Shown here one piece after another: positions 21,538-32,107 of a DNA stretch of 64,000 bases (within the stretch, counting starts at the first letter, position 1; each line of letters starts with the position of its first letter). The position numbers and the translations under genes are program-made. The stretch is from Methanobacteriota archaeon (GTDB lineage: Archaea; Halobacteriota; Bog-38; Methanoflorentales; Methanoflorentaceae), in assembly GCA_963720465.1 (NCBI GenBank), contig OY970393.1:480001-544000 (forward strand), read 5' to 3'. Under the pieces are notes generated by a model. It saw nothing but the letters and a program-made list of their open reading frames with translations, did no database searches and was not told where the DNA came from.

Positions 21538-23052
21538 ATGGAGTTTGATTTGACAGCTCATCTTAAGTTCAGTGACGATCTCCCATTAGAAGCACAACCC
21601 GAACTACAGAAAGCGGTTGACGATGCTAACAATGCCCTTTTCATCAAAGGCGTGCCGCGTGACTCGATCAAAGAAGCAGCGAGAATAATCGAATGGCACG
21701 CGCACGCCAATGAGCTGTGCGTTAGAATCGTCAGCGGCAGGTACACACGCGCGCACGATGCGCTCTTACGCTTTAGAAAAGCCCTAGGGGCGACTATGGG
21801 AACGAAATACCGGATCGGAGTCAGAGGGTATGAGATCAACGAGTTCACCATAAAGATCGAAGTTGGAACTCCTGTGCACATTGAACTGCCGTTTGTGAAA
21901 CAGGCATCGCACGAAGGTAAACTGCTAACGCTGCGGCTCGCGGTCGGCGAACAAGAAATCGAGAAAAAAATCCCGGATCGCATAGTGAATCTCATCGAAG
22001 AGAAGATAAAGCAGCGACTTTACGGGACGAAGGTAGAGAACTGGGATCTGATCTGGGAAAGCCCGCAAAAAGACAGTCACTTTCGGCGCGACCCGACTCT
22101 TGAACTGCAGCAGCGCCAGTGGATTAAGCACGGCGTGAGCCGGGGGCAATGGATATTCGGGCCTGAAGTGACAAAAGTCTTCAATACGTTCGAGGAGATC
22201 ATCGAAAAGGAGATATTGGCGCGACTCGGCTATGCTGAGATGATATTTCCAAAAATGGTTCCTTGGGAGGTCTGGAAACGTTCTGGACATGCACGCGGCA
22301 TCTATCCGGAAATCTACTACGTTTCTGGTCCTAAAACACGCGACCCTGAATACTGGGAAGATGTGATAGATTACTACAAAGTTACGAATGAGATTCCCGT
22401 GGAGCTTATCAGACAGAAGATTGGCGACCCCATCGGGGGCATGTGCTACGCCCAATGTCCTTCGTTTTGGCCATTTATGCAAGGTGAAACGATTTCCCTG
22501 GAGTCACTTCCGATTAAGGTGTTTGATCGATCTGGCACATCACATCGCTACGAAAGCGGGGGCATCCACGGTATAGAACGGGTCGATGAGTTTCATCGGA
22601 TTGAAATCGTCTGGGTCGGCAGCCCTGAACAAGTCAACGAAGAAGCTCACAAACTTGAGAAGCGCTACGCGCGCATTTTTAACGATATATTGGATCTCGA
22701 ATGGAGAATGGCGCGCGTTACGCCATGGTTTATGGCGCAGGAAGGACTCATTGAACCTTCGGGTGAGCGTTCGGCAGGCACGATCGACTACGAAGCATAC
22801 TTGCCGTACCGGGGTGAACGAACGGGCAGCCAGTGGCTTGAGTTTCAAAATGTAAGTATAAACGGAGACAAATATCCCCGCGGTTTCAACGTAAAAACCC
22901 AAAAAGGAGAACTGTGGTCCGGGTGCTCAGGCATCGGCTTGGAAAGGTGGGCCGCCGCATTTTTTGCACAAAAAGGCCTAGATATCGAATCATGGCCACA
23001 GAAATTCGTAAAGCGCATCAAGGAGCTACCCGAGGGGATCAAGTTCCTTTGA
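21538..23052 (+). CDS. serS: Methanogen-type seryl-tRNA synthetase
   Basis: GRYTRAHDALLR N-domain; YAQCP, RYESGG..GIERVDEFHRIE and WSGCSG zinc-ligand motifs. Confidence 0.95.
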   Translation: MEFDLTAHLKFSDDLPLEAQPELQKAVDDANNALFIKGVPRDSIKEAARIIEWHAHANELCVRIVSGRYTRAHDALLRFRKALGATMGTKYRIGVRGYEINEFTIKIEVGTPVHIELPFVKQASHEGKLLTLRLAVGEQEIEKKIPDRIVNLIEEKIKQRLYGTKVENWDLIWESPQKDSHFRRDPTLELQQRQWIKHGVSRGQWIFGPEVTKVFNTFEEIIEKEILARLGYAEMIFPKMVPWEVWKRSGHARGIYPEIYYVSGPKTRDPEYWEDVIDYYKVTNEIPVELIRQKIGDPIGGMCYAQCPSFWPFMQGETISLESLPIKVFDRSGTSHRYESGGIHGIERVDEFHRIEIVWVGSPEQVNEEAHKLEKRYARIFNDILDLEWRMARVTPWFMAQEGLIEPSGERSAGTIDYEAYLPYRGERTGSQWLEFQNVSINGDKYPRGFNVKTQKGELWSGCSGIGLERWAAAFFAQKGLDIESWPQKFVKRIKELPEGIKFL

Positions 23053-23186
23053 GTTCCTTTGAAAAGTGATATACGGTACAATCATTTATATACGTGTAAG
23101 CTTTACAGGTTAAATCGCAGCGTGCGCCGATTGCAAGCGCTGTTGAAGTTATTGAGTGTCCTGCAGGCTGTGCAAGGAGTTTTTGG

Positions 23187-23771
23187 ATGGCGAGAAGACA
23201 GACAAGGAAGAAAGCTGAAGGCTGGAAAGCAAAGAAATGGTACGACGTAGTGACGCCTGAGATCTTTGGCAACACGAGCATCGGAACCACCCCTACCGAC
23301 GATACTTCGAAACTGGTTGGAAGAATCATGGACACGACCCTCGGCGAACTCACGAATGACATGGGAAAGCAAAACGTAAAAATGCACTTCAAGATCGACG
23401 AAGTAAGTGGTGAGTCCGCACATACTAGGTTCACGGGGCACGAACTAACGCGTGATTACCTTAGAAGCCTAGTGAAAAGGCGTACTAGTCTTGTTGAGTC
23501 AAATATCGTTGTGACGACAAAAGACGGTTACAAGATCCACCTCAAGCCAATGTCGTTTACGATAAAACGAGCAGGATCTTCTCAAATTAAGGCGATCCGT
23601 GAGATCATGAACGGTATCTTGCGGCAACGCGGAAAAGAACTTAATTATGAGCCGTTCATCCACGAAGTAGTTCTCGGAAAGCTCGCGAGCGATATCTACA
23701 AACAAGCGAAGATTATCTACCCGTTACGCCGCGTAGAAATCAGCAAGACGAAGATATTAGCCGAACCTTAA
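23187..23771 (+). CDS. rps3ae: 30S ribosomal protein S3Ae
   Basis: WKAKKWY, DYLRSLVKRRTS, IYPLRRVEI. Confidence 0.96.
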   Translation: MARRQTRKKAEGWKAKKWYDVVTPEIFGNTSIGTTPTDDTSKLVGRIMDTTLGELTNDMGKQNVKMHFKIDEVSGESAHTRFTGHELTRDYLRSLVKRRTSLVESNIVVTTKDGYKIHLKPMSFTIKRAGSSQIKAIREIMNGILRQRGKELNYEPFIHEVVLGKLASDIYKQAKIIYPLRRVEISKTKILAEP

Positions 23772-23808
23772 TCATAGTGATTCAGGGGCGGCTACAAGTT
23801 TTTGCGAT

Positions 23809-25026
23809 ATGGACGTTGCTACGAAAATTTTGCTTGTCGTGCTCGACGGCGCGGCCGACCGTCCAACGGTCAATAGAAAGACGCCTTTAATGGCCGCCAG
23901 CCTTCCGTTCTTCGATCAATTAGCACGCGAAGGGATCGTAGGAATCATGGACGTTATAGCACCCGGCACACCTCCGGGTTCTGACACAGCGCATCTCTCA
24001 TTGCTTGGTTACTCGCCGAAAGAAGTATACACTGGACGCGGGCCGTTCGAGGCAGCAGGAGTCGGAATTGACGTCAAACCCGGCGACATTGCCTTCCGCG
24101 GCAATTTTGCCACGGTCAAAGACGGCAAAGTCATCGACCGACGCGCGGGTCGTATCAGCGATACCCACCGGCTGGCAGAAGCGATCAGGGAGCACGTTCA
24201 CCTTGACTGCGAGTTCATTTTTAAGGAGTCAGCAGGACATAGAGCGGCTCTTGTTCTGCGAGGGCAAGACCTCAGTCCGAGCATTACGCCGACTGACCCG
24301 CATCACATCGGAGCGCTTTTGCCGTCACAACCTATGACGTGCGGCCCTTCGCCACAAAAAACAGCAAAGCTCGTTAATGATTTCACCCGCCAAGTGTGTG
24401 CGATCCTGAGTGATCATCCGGCGAATAAAAAACGGATCGAAGCGGGCGAGCTTCCAGCAAACGCAATCCTACTTCGCGGAGCAGGCGCCGTTCCGCACCT
24501 GATCCCATTTGAAGAACGCATGGGTCTTAATGCCGCTGTGATCGCGGCGACCGCATTGGTAATCGGGATTGGCAAACTTACTGGCATGGAATACGTGCCG
24601 ACTGCAGGCGCAACAGGGCACATTGACTCAAATATCGACGCAAAAGTGAAGAACGTCAACAGAGCGTTGAAGACTCACGCGTTTGTACTGCTCAATATAA
24701 AAGGCGCAGATGAAGCCGGCCATGATGGTGATTTCAATACCAAAGCGCACTTCTTGACTCGAGTCGATGCCGCGATGTCAGAGCTGGCAATTGATGAATC
24801 TACACTTGTCGTCATTACTGCAGATCACACAACGCCGGTGAGCCTCAGAGAACACTCGGGGGACCCAGTTCCGTTCCTAATACACGGAAAAGGAGTTCGA
24901 ACTGATGAGATTAACGTATTTGACGAGTTTTTTGCAGCCCTGGGAGGCATGAATCGTATCCGCGGGGTTGACTTGGTTCCAGTGCTGATAGATCTCGTAG
25001 GCAAAGGCCAGAAATTCGGTGCGTGA
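23809..25026 (+). CDS. apgM: 2,3-bisphosphoglycerate-independent phosphoglycerate mutase
   Basis: [38 protein letters not shown]. Confidence 0.95.
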   Translation: MDVATKILLVVLDGAADRPTVNRKTPLMAASLPFFDQLAREGIVGIMDVIAPGTPPGSDTAHLSLLGYSPKEVYTGRGPFEAAGVGIDVKPGDIAFRGNFATVKDGKVIDRRAGRISDTHRLAEAIREHVHLDCEFIFKESAGHRAALVLRGQDLSPSITPTDPHHIGALLPSQPMTCGPSPQKTAKLVNDFTRQVCAILSDHPANKKRIEAGELPANAILLRGAGAVPHLIPFEERMGLNAAVIAATALVIGIGKLTGMEYVPTAGATGHIDSNIDAKVKNVNRALKTHAFVLLNIKGADEAGHDGDFNTKAHFLTRVDAAMSELAIDESTLVVITADHTTPVSLREHSGDPVPFLIHGKGVRTDEINVFDEFFAALGGMNRIRGVDLVPVLIDLVGKGQKFGA

Positions 25027-25194
25027 CTTTCATCAAAAAACACGCAGTTGCGTTTCGGGAGCACCGGTTGGCGAATTAAGCCATCACCACACCTCTTCGT
25101 GGCGTCGCGTCACACTTTCAGTACTCAATGGTCGACGACAAGAAATTAAAGCAAGAGCGCCAAAAAGCGATTGTCGAAAACTGTGGAGCGAAAA

Positions 25195-26538
25195 ATGTCA
25201 GTTCATCCGATTGAATTTCGTTACGGCACCAATGAGATGAAAGCGATATGGAGCCAAGAGCGTAAGCTCCACTATTTACTCCGCGTGGAAGTCGCGCTTG
25301 CGAAAGCGGAAGCCGAGCTCGGAGTTATACCTAGAGAGGCAGCGGATCAAATCGAAGAAGCTGCGGGACAGATTACGCTAGTACGCGTCGCAGAAATCGA
25401 AGAAGAAATCCATCACGACATGATGGCCGCCGTCGAGGCCATTGCCGAAAAAATTCACGCGGAAGCTGATTATGTGCACTACGGGGCGACGTCCAATGAT
25501 ATCATTGACACCGCTCTGGCCTTACAGCTACGCGATTCGTGTAAAATCCTCAAGTCGAAACTTATTCGACTCAGAAACGTTTTGGTAAATCTCGCTGACG
25601 AAAATAAGGATAGAGTGTGCGCCGCCAGAACTCACGGGCAAATTGCTGTGCCGACAACGTACGGTCTGCGGTTCGCCGTCTGGGCGATGGAAATACATCG
25701 GCATTTACAACGGCTTTCTGAAACGCGCAGTCGGATCGAAGTTGGCCAGATGACGGGAGCTGTCGGCACCCAAGCGGCCTTTGGCAAGCAGGCTTTCGAG
25801 ATTCAAGCGCAGACGTTGAAATTGTTAGGATTGCAGTCCGTTGAAGTATCGACACAAGTCATACAACGAGATCGTCACGCGGAATACGTAATGCTGCTCG
25901 CTAACATCGCTACGTCCCTCGAGAAGATATTTACAGAAATCAGAACACTGCAACGAAGCGAAATAGCTGAAGTCTCTGAAGGGTTCGGCAAAGCACAAGT
26001 TGGATCCTCAACCATGCCGCACAAGCGAAATCCGATCAAGTCAGAACAAATCTGCGGCTTAGCCCGCGTCGTCCGATCGTTCGTTATGCCAGGACTAGAA
26101 AACAACACGCTCTGGGACGAGAGAGACCTCACAAATTCTTCCTGTGAGCGCATCATCTTTCCTGAGGCAACTATTCTGAGTGATCACATTGTGACGCTCT
26201 CGATCAACGTTTTAGGAAATCTGAAGTTCAACGAGCAGAACATCAGACGCAATCTCAATCTTATGAAGGGACTGAACATGAGCGAGGCCGTGATGATGCA
26301 CCTCGCAAAGAAGATCGGAAGACAACGCGCGCACGGAATCATACGCTCAGCAGCAATGAACGCCTACGAGAGCGGCGATACCATTTCAGAAGCATTGCTC
26401 AAAGAGCCATTGCTCGCCGAACACCTCACGAAAGAACAACTCGAGTGGATGGTGCGTCCCGAGAACTACGTGGGGACGGCTCCTCAACAAGTAGAGCGCG
26501 TCGTGATGCTTCTGAGGCAGGACGAGTGTCTGGAATAG
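25195..26538 (+). CDS. purB: Adenylosuccinate lyase
   Basis: HYGATSND, RTHGQ, GSSTMPHKRNP signature. Confidence 0.96.
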   Translation: MSVHPIEFRYGTNEMKAIWSQERKLHYLLRVEVALAKAEAELGVIPREAADQIEEAAGQITLVRVAEIEEEIHHDMMAAVEAIAEKIHAEADYVHYGATSNDIIDTALALQLRDSCKILKSKLIRLRNVLVNLADENKDRVCAARTHGQIAVPTTYGLRFAVWAMEIHRHLQRLSETRSRIEVGQMTGAVGTQAAFGKQAFEIQAQTLKLLGLQSVEVSTQVIQRDRHAEYVMLLANIATSLEKIFTEIRTLQRSEIAEVSEGFGKAQVGSSTMPHKRNPIKSEQICGLARVVRSFVMPGLENNTLWDERDLTNSSCERIIFPEATILSDHIVTLSINVLGNLKFNEQNIRRNLNLMKGLNMSEAVMMHLAKKIGRQRAHGIIRSAAMNAYESGDTISEALLKEPLLAEHLTKEQLEWMVRPENYVGTAPQQVERVVMLLRQDECLE

Positions 26539-27842
26539 TCGGAGCTGTTGGACTGAGAGCTTTCCAGGCTGTGCGGTCGATGCACCAAGTCCTGATGCAC
26601 CGGGGAGACGTGCGCCGCTGTTCCCAAGGGAAATTGTCGAATGATACAGAATACGCCGTGAGTGCGTTGGGCGATGCGCAATTCAGTGCGAGTTCTGGCA
26701 GCAGTGGTCTGTCAATAACAGTTTCAGACAGGTACCACTCAAGTTACGCCCAAGCGCGCATTGTTGATTCGCGCGTACTACTGCTAGACAGGGACTGGAT
26801 AGGTTCGCGACCGTTATTCTACGGATCAAACCTGACTGGCTCGCTATGCGCATTCGCTTCTGAACGCAAGGCTCTCTGGTCCGTCGGAATCAACCGCGCC
26901 CAACGGGTCGACCCAGGAACTATGGTGGCGATTCACGGACCGCGCAGCATTACGTTTGACACGCATACCCTTAAGCAGTCAAGCAGGAACCACGCAACCT
27001 ATGACGAATCGCGTGTGGTAAACGACCTTAGCGAACTTCTCAAGTCCGTGATGAATGAACTCGCCGATGAACAAATGGGCGTCGCGTTCTCGGGCGGAGT
27101 CGACAGCTCCTTGCTCTGTGCGATCATAGAGAATAACGCGAACAACCTGTACTTCGCTGCAGGATTGCCCGAATCGCACGATCTGAAGAGCGCACAGCAG
27201 GCGGCCCGCCTGATGCGAATCGACCTCCAGGTCATTCCCCTTGACGCCTGCCGCGTCGAAATGCTAATTCCTCGCGTTATTGAAACTATAGAGAGTTGCA
27301 ATCCGCTCGATCTCGCGATCGCTCTCCCGATGTACGTTCTTTCTGAGCAAACAAAAGCAGCGGGCTTGAAGTCTATTCTGACCGGGCAAGGAGCAGATGA
27401 GCTCTTTGCAGGCTATTCGAGATATGCAAGACTCGCTGCTACAAATCACAAAGGGCTGCGCGACGCGCTCGAAAGTGACGTACTGAATATCGCGAGGAAC
27501 AACCTCGAACGAGACAACTTGACTGCCGCGTCACACTCGATAGATGTCATTTTGCCGTATCTAGACCCGCGGGTAGTGAAGTTTGGATTGACGATTGACG
27601 GCACGCTGAAACTCAGCCGTGGGATCAACAAGTATATCTTGCGAAAAGTGGCTGAGCAGCTAATGCCTCACGAATTGGCGTACAGACCGAAAAAAGCGCT
27701 CCAGTACGGGACAGGGGTAAGTACAGTGTTGCGGAAACTCGCACGAAAAAACCTCCCTTGCGACAGGCGCAACAGTAAAGGCGCCGTAGGAATTTATTTG
27801 CGATCAGTAGCTGAAAAACGCGATATCGCGGTGGCAGAATGA
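26526..27842 (+). CDS. asnB: Asparagine synthase-like protein with degenerate glutaminase domain
   Basis: AFSGGVDSS, TGQGADELFAGY, KYILR, KKALQYG; N-terminus reads MSGIVG from a GTG start. Confidence 0.8.
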   Translation: MSGIVGAVGLRAFQAVRSMHQVLMHRGDVRRCSQGKLSNDTEYAVSALGDAQFSASSGSSGLSITVSDRYHSSYAQARIVDSRVLLLDRDWIGSRPLFYGSNLTGSLCAFASERKALWSVGINRAQRVDPGTMVAIHGPRSITFDTHTLKQSSRNHATYDESRVVNDLSELLKSVMNELADEQMGVAFSGGVDSSLLCAIIENNANNLYFAAGLPESHDLKSAQQAARLMRIDLQVIPLDACRVEMLIPRVIETIESCNPLDLAIALPMYVLSEQTKAAGLKSILTGQGADELFAGYSRYARLAATNHKGLRDALESDVLNIARNNLERDNLTAASHSIDVILPYLDPRVVKFGLTIDGTLKLSRGINKYILRKVAEQLMPHELAYRPKKALQYGTGVSTVLRKLARKNLPCDRRNSKGAVGIYLRSVAEKRDIAVAE

Positions 27843-28105
27843 TAACTAAGACTGACGTTGAACAAATAGCACGGCTCGCGTGTATCGAGCTTGACGAAGA
27901 AGATATGCAAGCGTTCACGATTCAGTTCAATGCTATACTGGAGTACTTTGAAGAACTAGAAGACATTGAAGCGGAGCTGACTGAAGAAGAAGAGCGCAAT
28001 GTACTGCGTGCAGACGAGGTTACGGCGAGCCTAACGCAACAAGAGGCTCTTGCGAACGCACGAAGAGTCGAAAACGGCTATTTCAGGGGCCCGCGGATAC
28101 TATGA
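27839..28105 (+). CDS. gatC: Asp/Glu-tRNA amidotransferase subunit C
   Basis: VEQIARLA, NVLRADE and YFRGPRI; overlaps gatA. Confidence 0.93.
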   Translation: MITKTDVEQIARLACIELDEEDMQAFTIQFNAILEYFEELEDIEAELTEEEERNVLRADEVTASLTQQEALANARRVENGYFRGPRIL

Positions 28106-29475
28106 GCCACCGAGAACACGTTGGAGAGTCACTTGACGCTATCCGACGAAGCAAACTCAACGCATTTATCACTGTCGATTACGAAGGTGCGCGACGACAA
28201 GCTGAAGAAGCTGATGCGGGCGAACTTGATGGGCGGCTGGCTGGCATCCCGATCGCGATTAAAGACGCCATTTCAACAAAAGGGCTACGAACCACGTGCG
28301 CCTCGAAGATGTTGGAAGATTACGTTCCCCCATACGACGCGTTTGTTGTCAAAAAACTGCGCGAAGAAGGTGCTGTCATAATTGGCAAAACGAACATGGA
28401 CGAATTTTCGATGGGCGCCTCGACAGAAACCAGCTTCTTCGGGCCGTGCAAGAATCCTTGGGACCTCGATCGCGTGCCAGGCGGCTCTTCTGGGGGCAGT
28501 GCTGCCGCCGTGGCGGCACAGGAGGCCGATCTTGCGTTAGGTTCTGATACTGGGGGTTCGATTCGATGCCCTGCGTCCTTTTGCGGAGTGGTCGGCTTAA
28601 AGCCCACCTATGGCAGAGTGTCACGCAGCGGCCTTGTTTCTTACGGCAATTCAATGGAACAGATCGGACCCATCGCACGAACCGTCGAAGCCTGTGCGGC
28701 GCTCTTTGAGGTCATCGCTGGCTACGATCCTTGGGACAGCACTTCTCGCGATGCGCCGGTGCCGCACTACGTCGCCAGACTCGCGGACGAAATAGCTGGT
28801 TTAGAGGTTGGCGTGCCACAGGATTTTTTTGGTGAAGGCGTTGATCCTGTCGTGGAAGACGCTACGTGGGATGCAATAGCGGTACTTGAAAGTCTTGGCG
28901 TGCACGCTAAGGAGACGTCGATGCCGAATCTCAAGTACGCGCTTTCAGCCTACTACATCCAAGCGATGTCGGAAGCATCGTCTAACCTTGCTCGGTACTC
29001 TGGAATCATCTACGGAACTCGAGTCCAAAAAGACCACGATTGGCACACGACATTCTCGGAGAACCGCGCGTCAGGATTTGGCAAAGAGGTCAAACGACGT
29101 ATACTGCTCGGTACATATGCGCTCTCGGCAGGATACTACGACAAGTACTACCTGAAAGCGCGCAAAGCGAGGGCCTTGATAAGTCGAGATTTTCAGAGGG
29201 TTTTCAAGCAATTTGACGCGCTCATTGCACCAACGATGCCGTTCACTGCGTTTAAGATCGGCGAAAAAATCGAAGATCCTCTGTCGCTATACAAGGTCGA
29301 TATTAACACGGTTCCAATTAATCTGGCGAACGTGCCATCTCTATCTGTTCCGTGCGGGCGAAAAGGGCACTTGCCCATCGGGATGCAAATTATCGGTGAT
29401 CAATTCAACGAACAACTCCTGTTCAACATCGCGTTTCAATTCGAGCAAAACACGAACAATAAGCACGCTGTGTGA
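28102..29475 (+). CDS. gatA: Asp/Glu-tRNA amidotransferase subunit A
   Basis: Amidase signature GKTNMDEF, PGGSSGGSAA, GSDTGGSIRCP; EVKRRILLG. Confidence 0.97.
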   Translation: MSHREHVGESLDAIRRSKLNAFITVDYEGARRQAEEADAGELDGRLAGIPIAIKDAISTKGLRTTCASKMLEDYVPPYDAFVVKKLREEGAVIIGKTNMDEFSMGASTETSFFGPCKNPWDLDRVPGGSSGGSAAAVAAQEADLALGSDTGGSIRCPASFCGVVGLKPTYGRVSRSGLVSYGNSMEQIGPIARTVEACAALFEVIAGYDPWDSTSRDAPVPHYVARLADEIAGLEVGVPQDFFGEGVDPVVEDATWDAIAVLESLGVHAKETSMPNLKYALSAYYIQAMSEASSNLARYSGIIYGTRVQKDHDWHTTFSENRASGFGKEVKRRILLGTYALSAGYYDKYYLKARKARALISRDFQRVFKQFDALIAPTMPFTAFKIGEKIEDPLSLYKVDINTVPINLANVPSLSVPCGRKGHLPIGMQIIGDQFNEQLLFNIAFQFEQNTNNKHAV

Positions 29476-29696
29476 CTAAGGCGATGACGGCTCTGAGTTT
29501 CTTTATATAAGCTTGCGCGCCTCGTGTTCGTCATGGTGCCGGACCTCGCGGCAGCGTCTCCTTGATGGATCGTACGGATATCGGTGTATTCCGGCTAGCA
29601 CCGAAATCCTCTCAAAAGGGTCAATAAGCCTCTGAGTCACGTTTTCTGAATCAATTATATCTAGGCCGAACCGCATATCGTTTGGTGGTGCGACGC

Positions 29697-30059
29697 ATGG
29701 CTGAACCAAAAGACTTAATTCGTAAATTCGAATACGCAGAGAAATTGAAGTCCGAAGTATCAATTGCAAATCAATTGCTTGAAAAGCTTATTGGACTCAA
29801 GGATGATGAATTGATTGGCGGTCAGAAGGTTGTTGAGGCCTATTTGAATTCACTAATGATGGAAATAAAACTTGCCCAGAACGTGCTCGGCTCAAAAGCG
29901 ATCTTCGCACGAACCAATCGTAAACTCACAGAAGCGATAGGACGAATTAATCTTAGAGAGTATGATGAGGCGCGACTATGTTTCAGCGAAGCGCTTACGG
30001 ACGTTACCACAAGCTGCGCTGAATCGTTTGAAGCGTTGGCCAAACTTAAGCTGATGTAA
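29697..30059 (+). CDS. Hypothetical alpha-helical protein
   Basis: 120-aa ORF with GGTG-type SD and helical composition; no family recognised. Confidence 0.6.
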   Translation: MAEPKDLIRKFEYAEKLKSEVSIANQLLEKLIGLKDDELIGGQKVVEAYLNSLMMEIKLAQNVLGSKAIFARTNRKLTEAIGRINLREYDEARLCFSEALTDVTTSCAESFEALAKLKLM

Positions 30060-30150
30060 AACGGCAGAGTCATAAAACGCGGCAGGCGATCGACAAATGG
30101 AACACACGCCAGCGTATTTCCCCAATCCTCAAAACTCGTCGTAAGATTTT

Positions 30151-31458
30151 TCAGGTCTTGCTGCGTCGCGGCGCGCGATCGATCGGCTGCGAGAAGCGTT
30201 GCTGCAAAGGAATTGACGGCAAGTGCACTTGAGGCTCTCGCACTTGCGCGAAGACATTGAAGTACCTGCGGGCAATTTGATCCCACGTAAGGGCCCGTCC
30301 GTATGCGTGCACTCGATGGCTTAGGGTCTTCCGAAGCTCCGCGTCAGCGATGAGGAGGTTGATTTTCTCAGCGATGTCCTCAGGATCGCCAAATTCAACA
30401 AACAAGCCTCTGCCGTTTGACAGGGCTTCAGTGGCGTGTGCAAACTTCGTTGCGACGATACTCCTCCCGCACCCTATCGCCTGGGACAAGACTCCGCTCG
30501 ATATCTGATCCGGATTCATGTTTGTTACGGCGCAGACGTCGGTGGCCAGAAAGTGTCTAATCATATCTTTGTTCGAGAGGTAGCGTTCAACGAATCTCAC
30601 GTTCCGCGACAGGCCAAGCTCCTTCACAAGGCCTTCGATTTTTTCTTTATGTAGCTCACGCACCTTTCGATCGAGCGCGGGATGATGCTCTCCAACGACC
30701 ATGTAGGTGATGTCCTTACGCGGATTCGCCTCAATAATTGACGGCAGCGCTTGGATAACATACTCAATGCCCTTATCTGGATTGATTAAGCCGTAGCTCG
30801 CTATTACGAACTTTCCGGCCAATCCCAGACCTCGCTTCGCGAACTCTGTGTCAACAAGATTAGGTACTTGCGGCACGCCGTGCGGCACCATAGTGAGCTG
30901 GGTTTTACCCAATCCAAACTTGTTCTGTAACAGGTCAATACCTGCGTTTGCAGAAACAACGACTCTGTCTGAAAGCGCGTATATGTCCCTGACGACTTCT
31001 CTCATACGGGATGGGGGGTTCGGTAAAACGGTGTGAAAAGTTGTGACAATCGGCTTTCTGACCCTCCGCATGAATTCCAGAATGTAGCAGCCAAAATCGC
31101 CTTTATATAGCCCAAACTCGTGCTGAATATTGATGACGTCAATTTTTGAGTCGTTGATGCGTTTCGCAGCCGCAATATAGCTTTCAACATTACAGTCTTT
31201 GATGACGTTGAACGTTTTGGACGCAAAGCGTTTGCTGCGAACAAACTCCTTTTTACCCAGTTGCGCCGCCTGGGCCCTGAGTGACACGTTACTTAAAAAG
31301 AGCTTCTTGCACTCTTGGATGACACTCACATTCCAGACTACGTTGTCAGAGATGTTAGATAAGCTGGCGGTGAGGTCGTGAGTAAACGTAGCGATTCCGC
31401 ATTCCCGTGGGGGAAATGAACTCACAAAGTTTACATTCAGTGGTTTGGGAGTTAATAT
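30151..31458 (-). CDS. GT4 family glycosyltransferase; start codon uncertain (possibly ATA)
   Basis: SSFPPRECGIATF, IQHEFGLY, YGLINPDKGIE, QISSGVLSQA motifs. Confidence 0.88.
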   Translation of the reverse strand: MLTPKPLNVNFVSSFPPRECGIATFTHDLTASLSNISDNVVWNVSVIQECKKLFLSNVSLRAQAAQLGKKEFVRSKRFASKTFNVIKDCNVESYIAAAKRINDSKIDVINIQHEFGLYKGDFGCYILEFMRRVRKPIVTTFHTVLPNPPSRMREVVRDIYALSDRVVVSANAGIDLLQNKFGLGKTQLTMVPHGVPQVPNLVDTEFAKRGLGLAGKFVIASYGLINPDKGIEYVIQALPSIIEANPRKDITYMVVGEHHPALDRKVRELHKEKIEGLVKELGLSRNVRFVERYLSNKDMIRHFLATDVCAVTNMNPDQISSGVLSQAIGCGRSIVATKFAHATEALSNGRGLFVEFGDPEDIAEKINLLIADAELRKTLSHRVHAYGRALTWDQIARRYFNVFAQVREPQVHLPSIPLQQRFSQPIDRAPRRSKT

Positions 31459-31706
31459 TCAATCATCTCCTACAACATATACGCGTAGCACACACAAAAA
31501 CTTATGCGTAGCTGACTCTAAACGCGATTTTTTTTGTTATTAATCGCGCTATGCGCGGCAAGGGACTGGCTGATCGGGTTTGTGTCTAGCAGGGTTTTAA
31601 AGGCGAACTGCGGGCTGTTTGTCAAACTAATTGCTCTTAATAGAGTTAGCAGCTTAACCGATACTAATTAATAGAATCCGCACAAATGTATGGACGGTGA
31701 TACCCG

Positions 31707-31940
31707 ATGGCCGACGAGAAAAAGGAAGAGTACAAGTTTAAAAAGGACATGAAGACGGGAACTCTGAACGCCCCTGACACCGATGCCTATAACGCGGACT
31801 ACGAGCACGAACAAGACATGGACAAGGTCAAAAAGCTTGAAGTGTGTGACCTCGGCCCTGATACAGAAGGCATCTGCGAGCCAGAAGAGAAAAAACCCGA
31901 ACACGTCTTCGTTTCTGAAGACAAAAAGAAGAAAGAATAG
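31707..31940 (+). CDS. Small highly charged hypothetical protein
   Basis: 77-aa ORF after GGTGA SD; K/E/D rich with two Cys. Confidence 0.6.
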   Translation: MADEKKEEYKFKKDMKTGTLNAPDTDAYNADYEHEQDMDKVKKLEVCDLGPDTEGICEPEEKKPEHVFVSEDKKKKE

Positions 31941-32107
31941 CATTGTTGACGCGGCTGGCGCTTTCCGCGGGCTTGCCGTCTACACCGTCATCTCTTTTTA
32001 GACAGTGAGCGTCAACCGCAATTATACTGCGCGACGTCGCGACGCAAAAAGCGCAACAATATCGCAATTGATTCGCCTGGCGTTGTTGTTAAAAGGTTTT
32101 TTATAGA

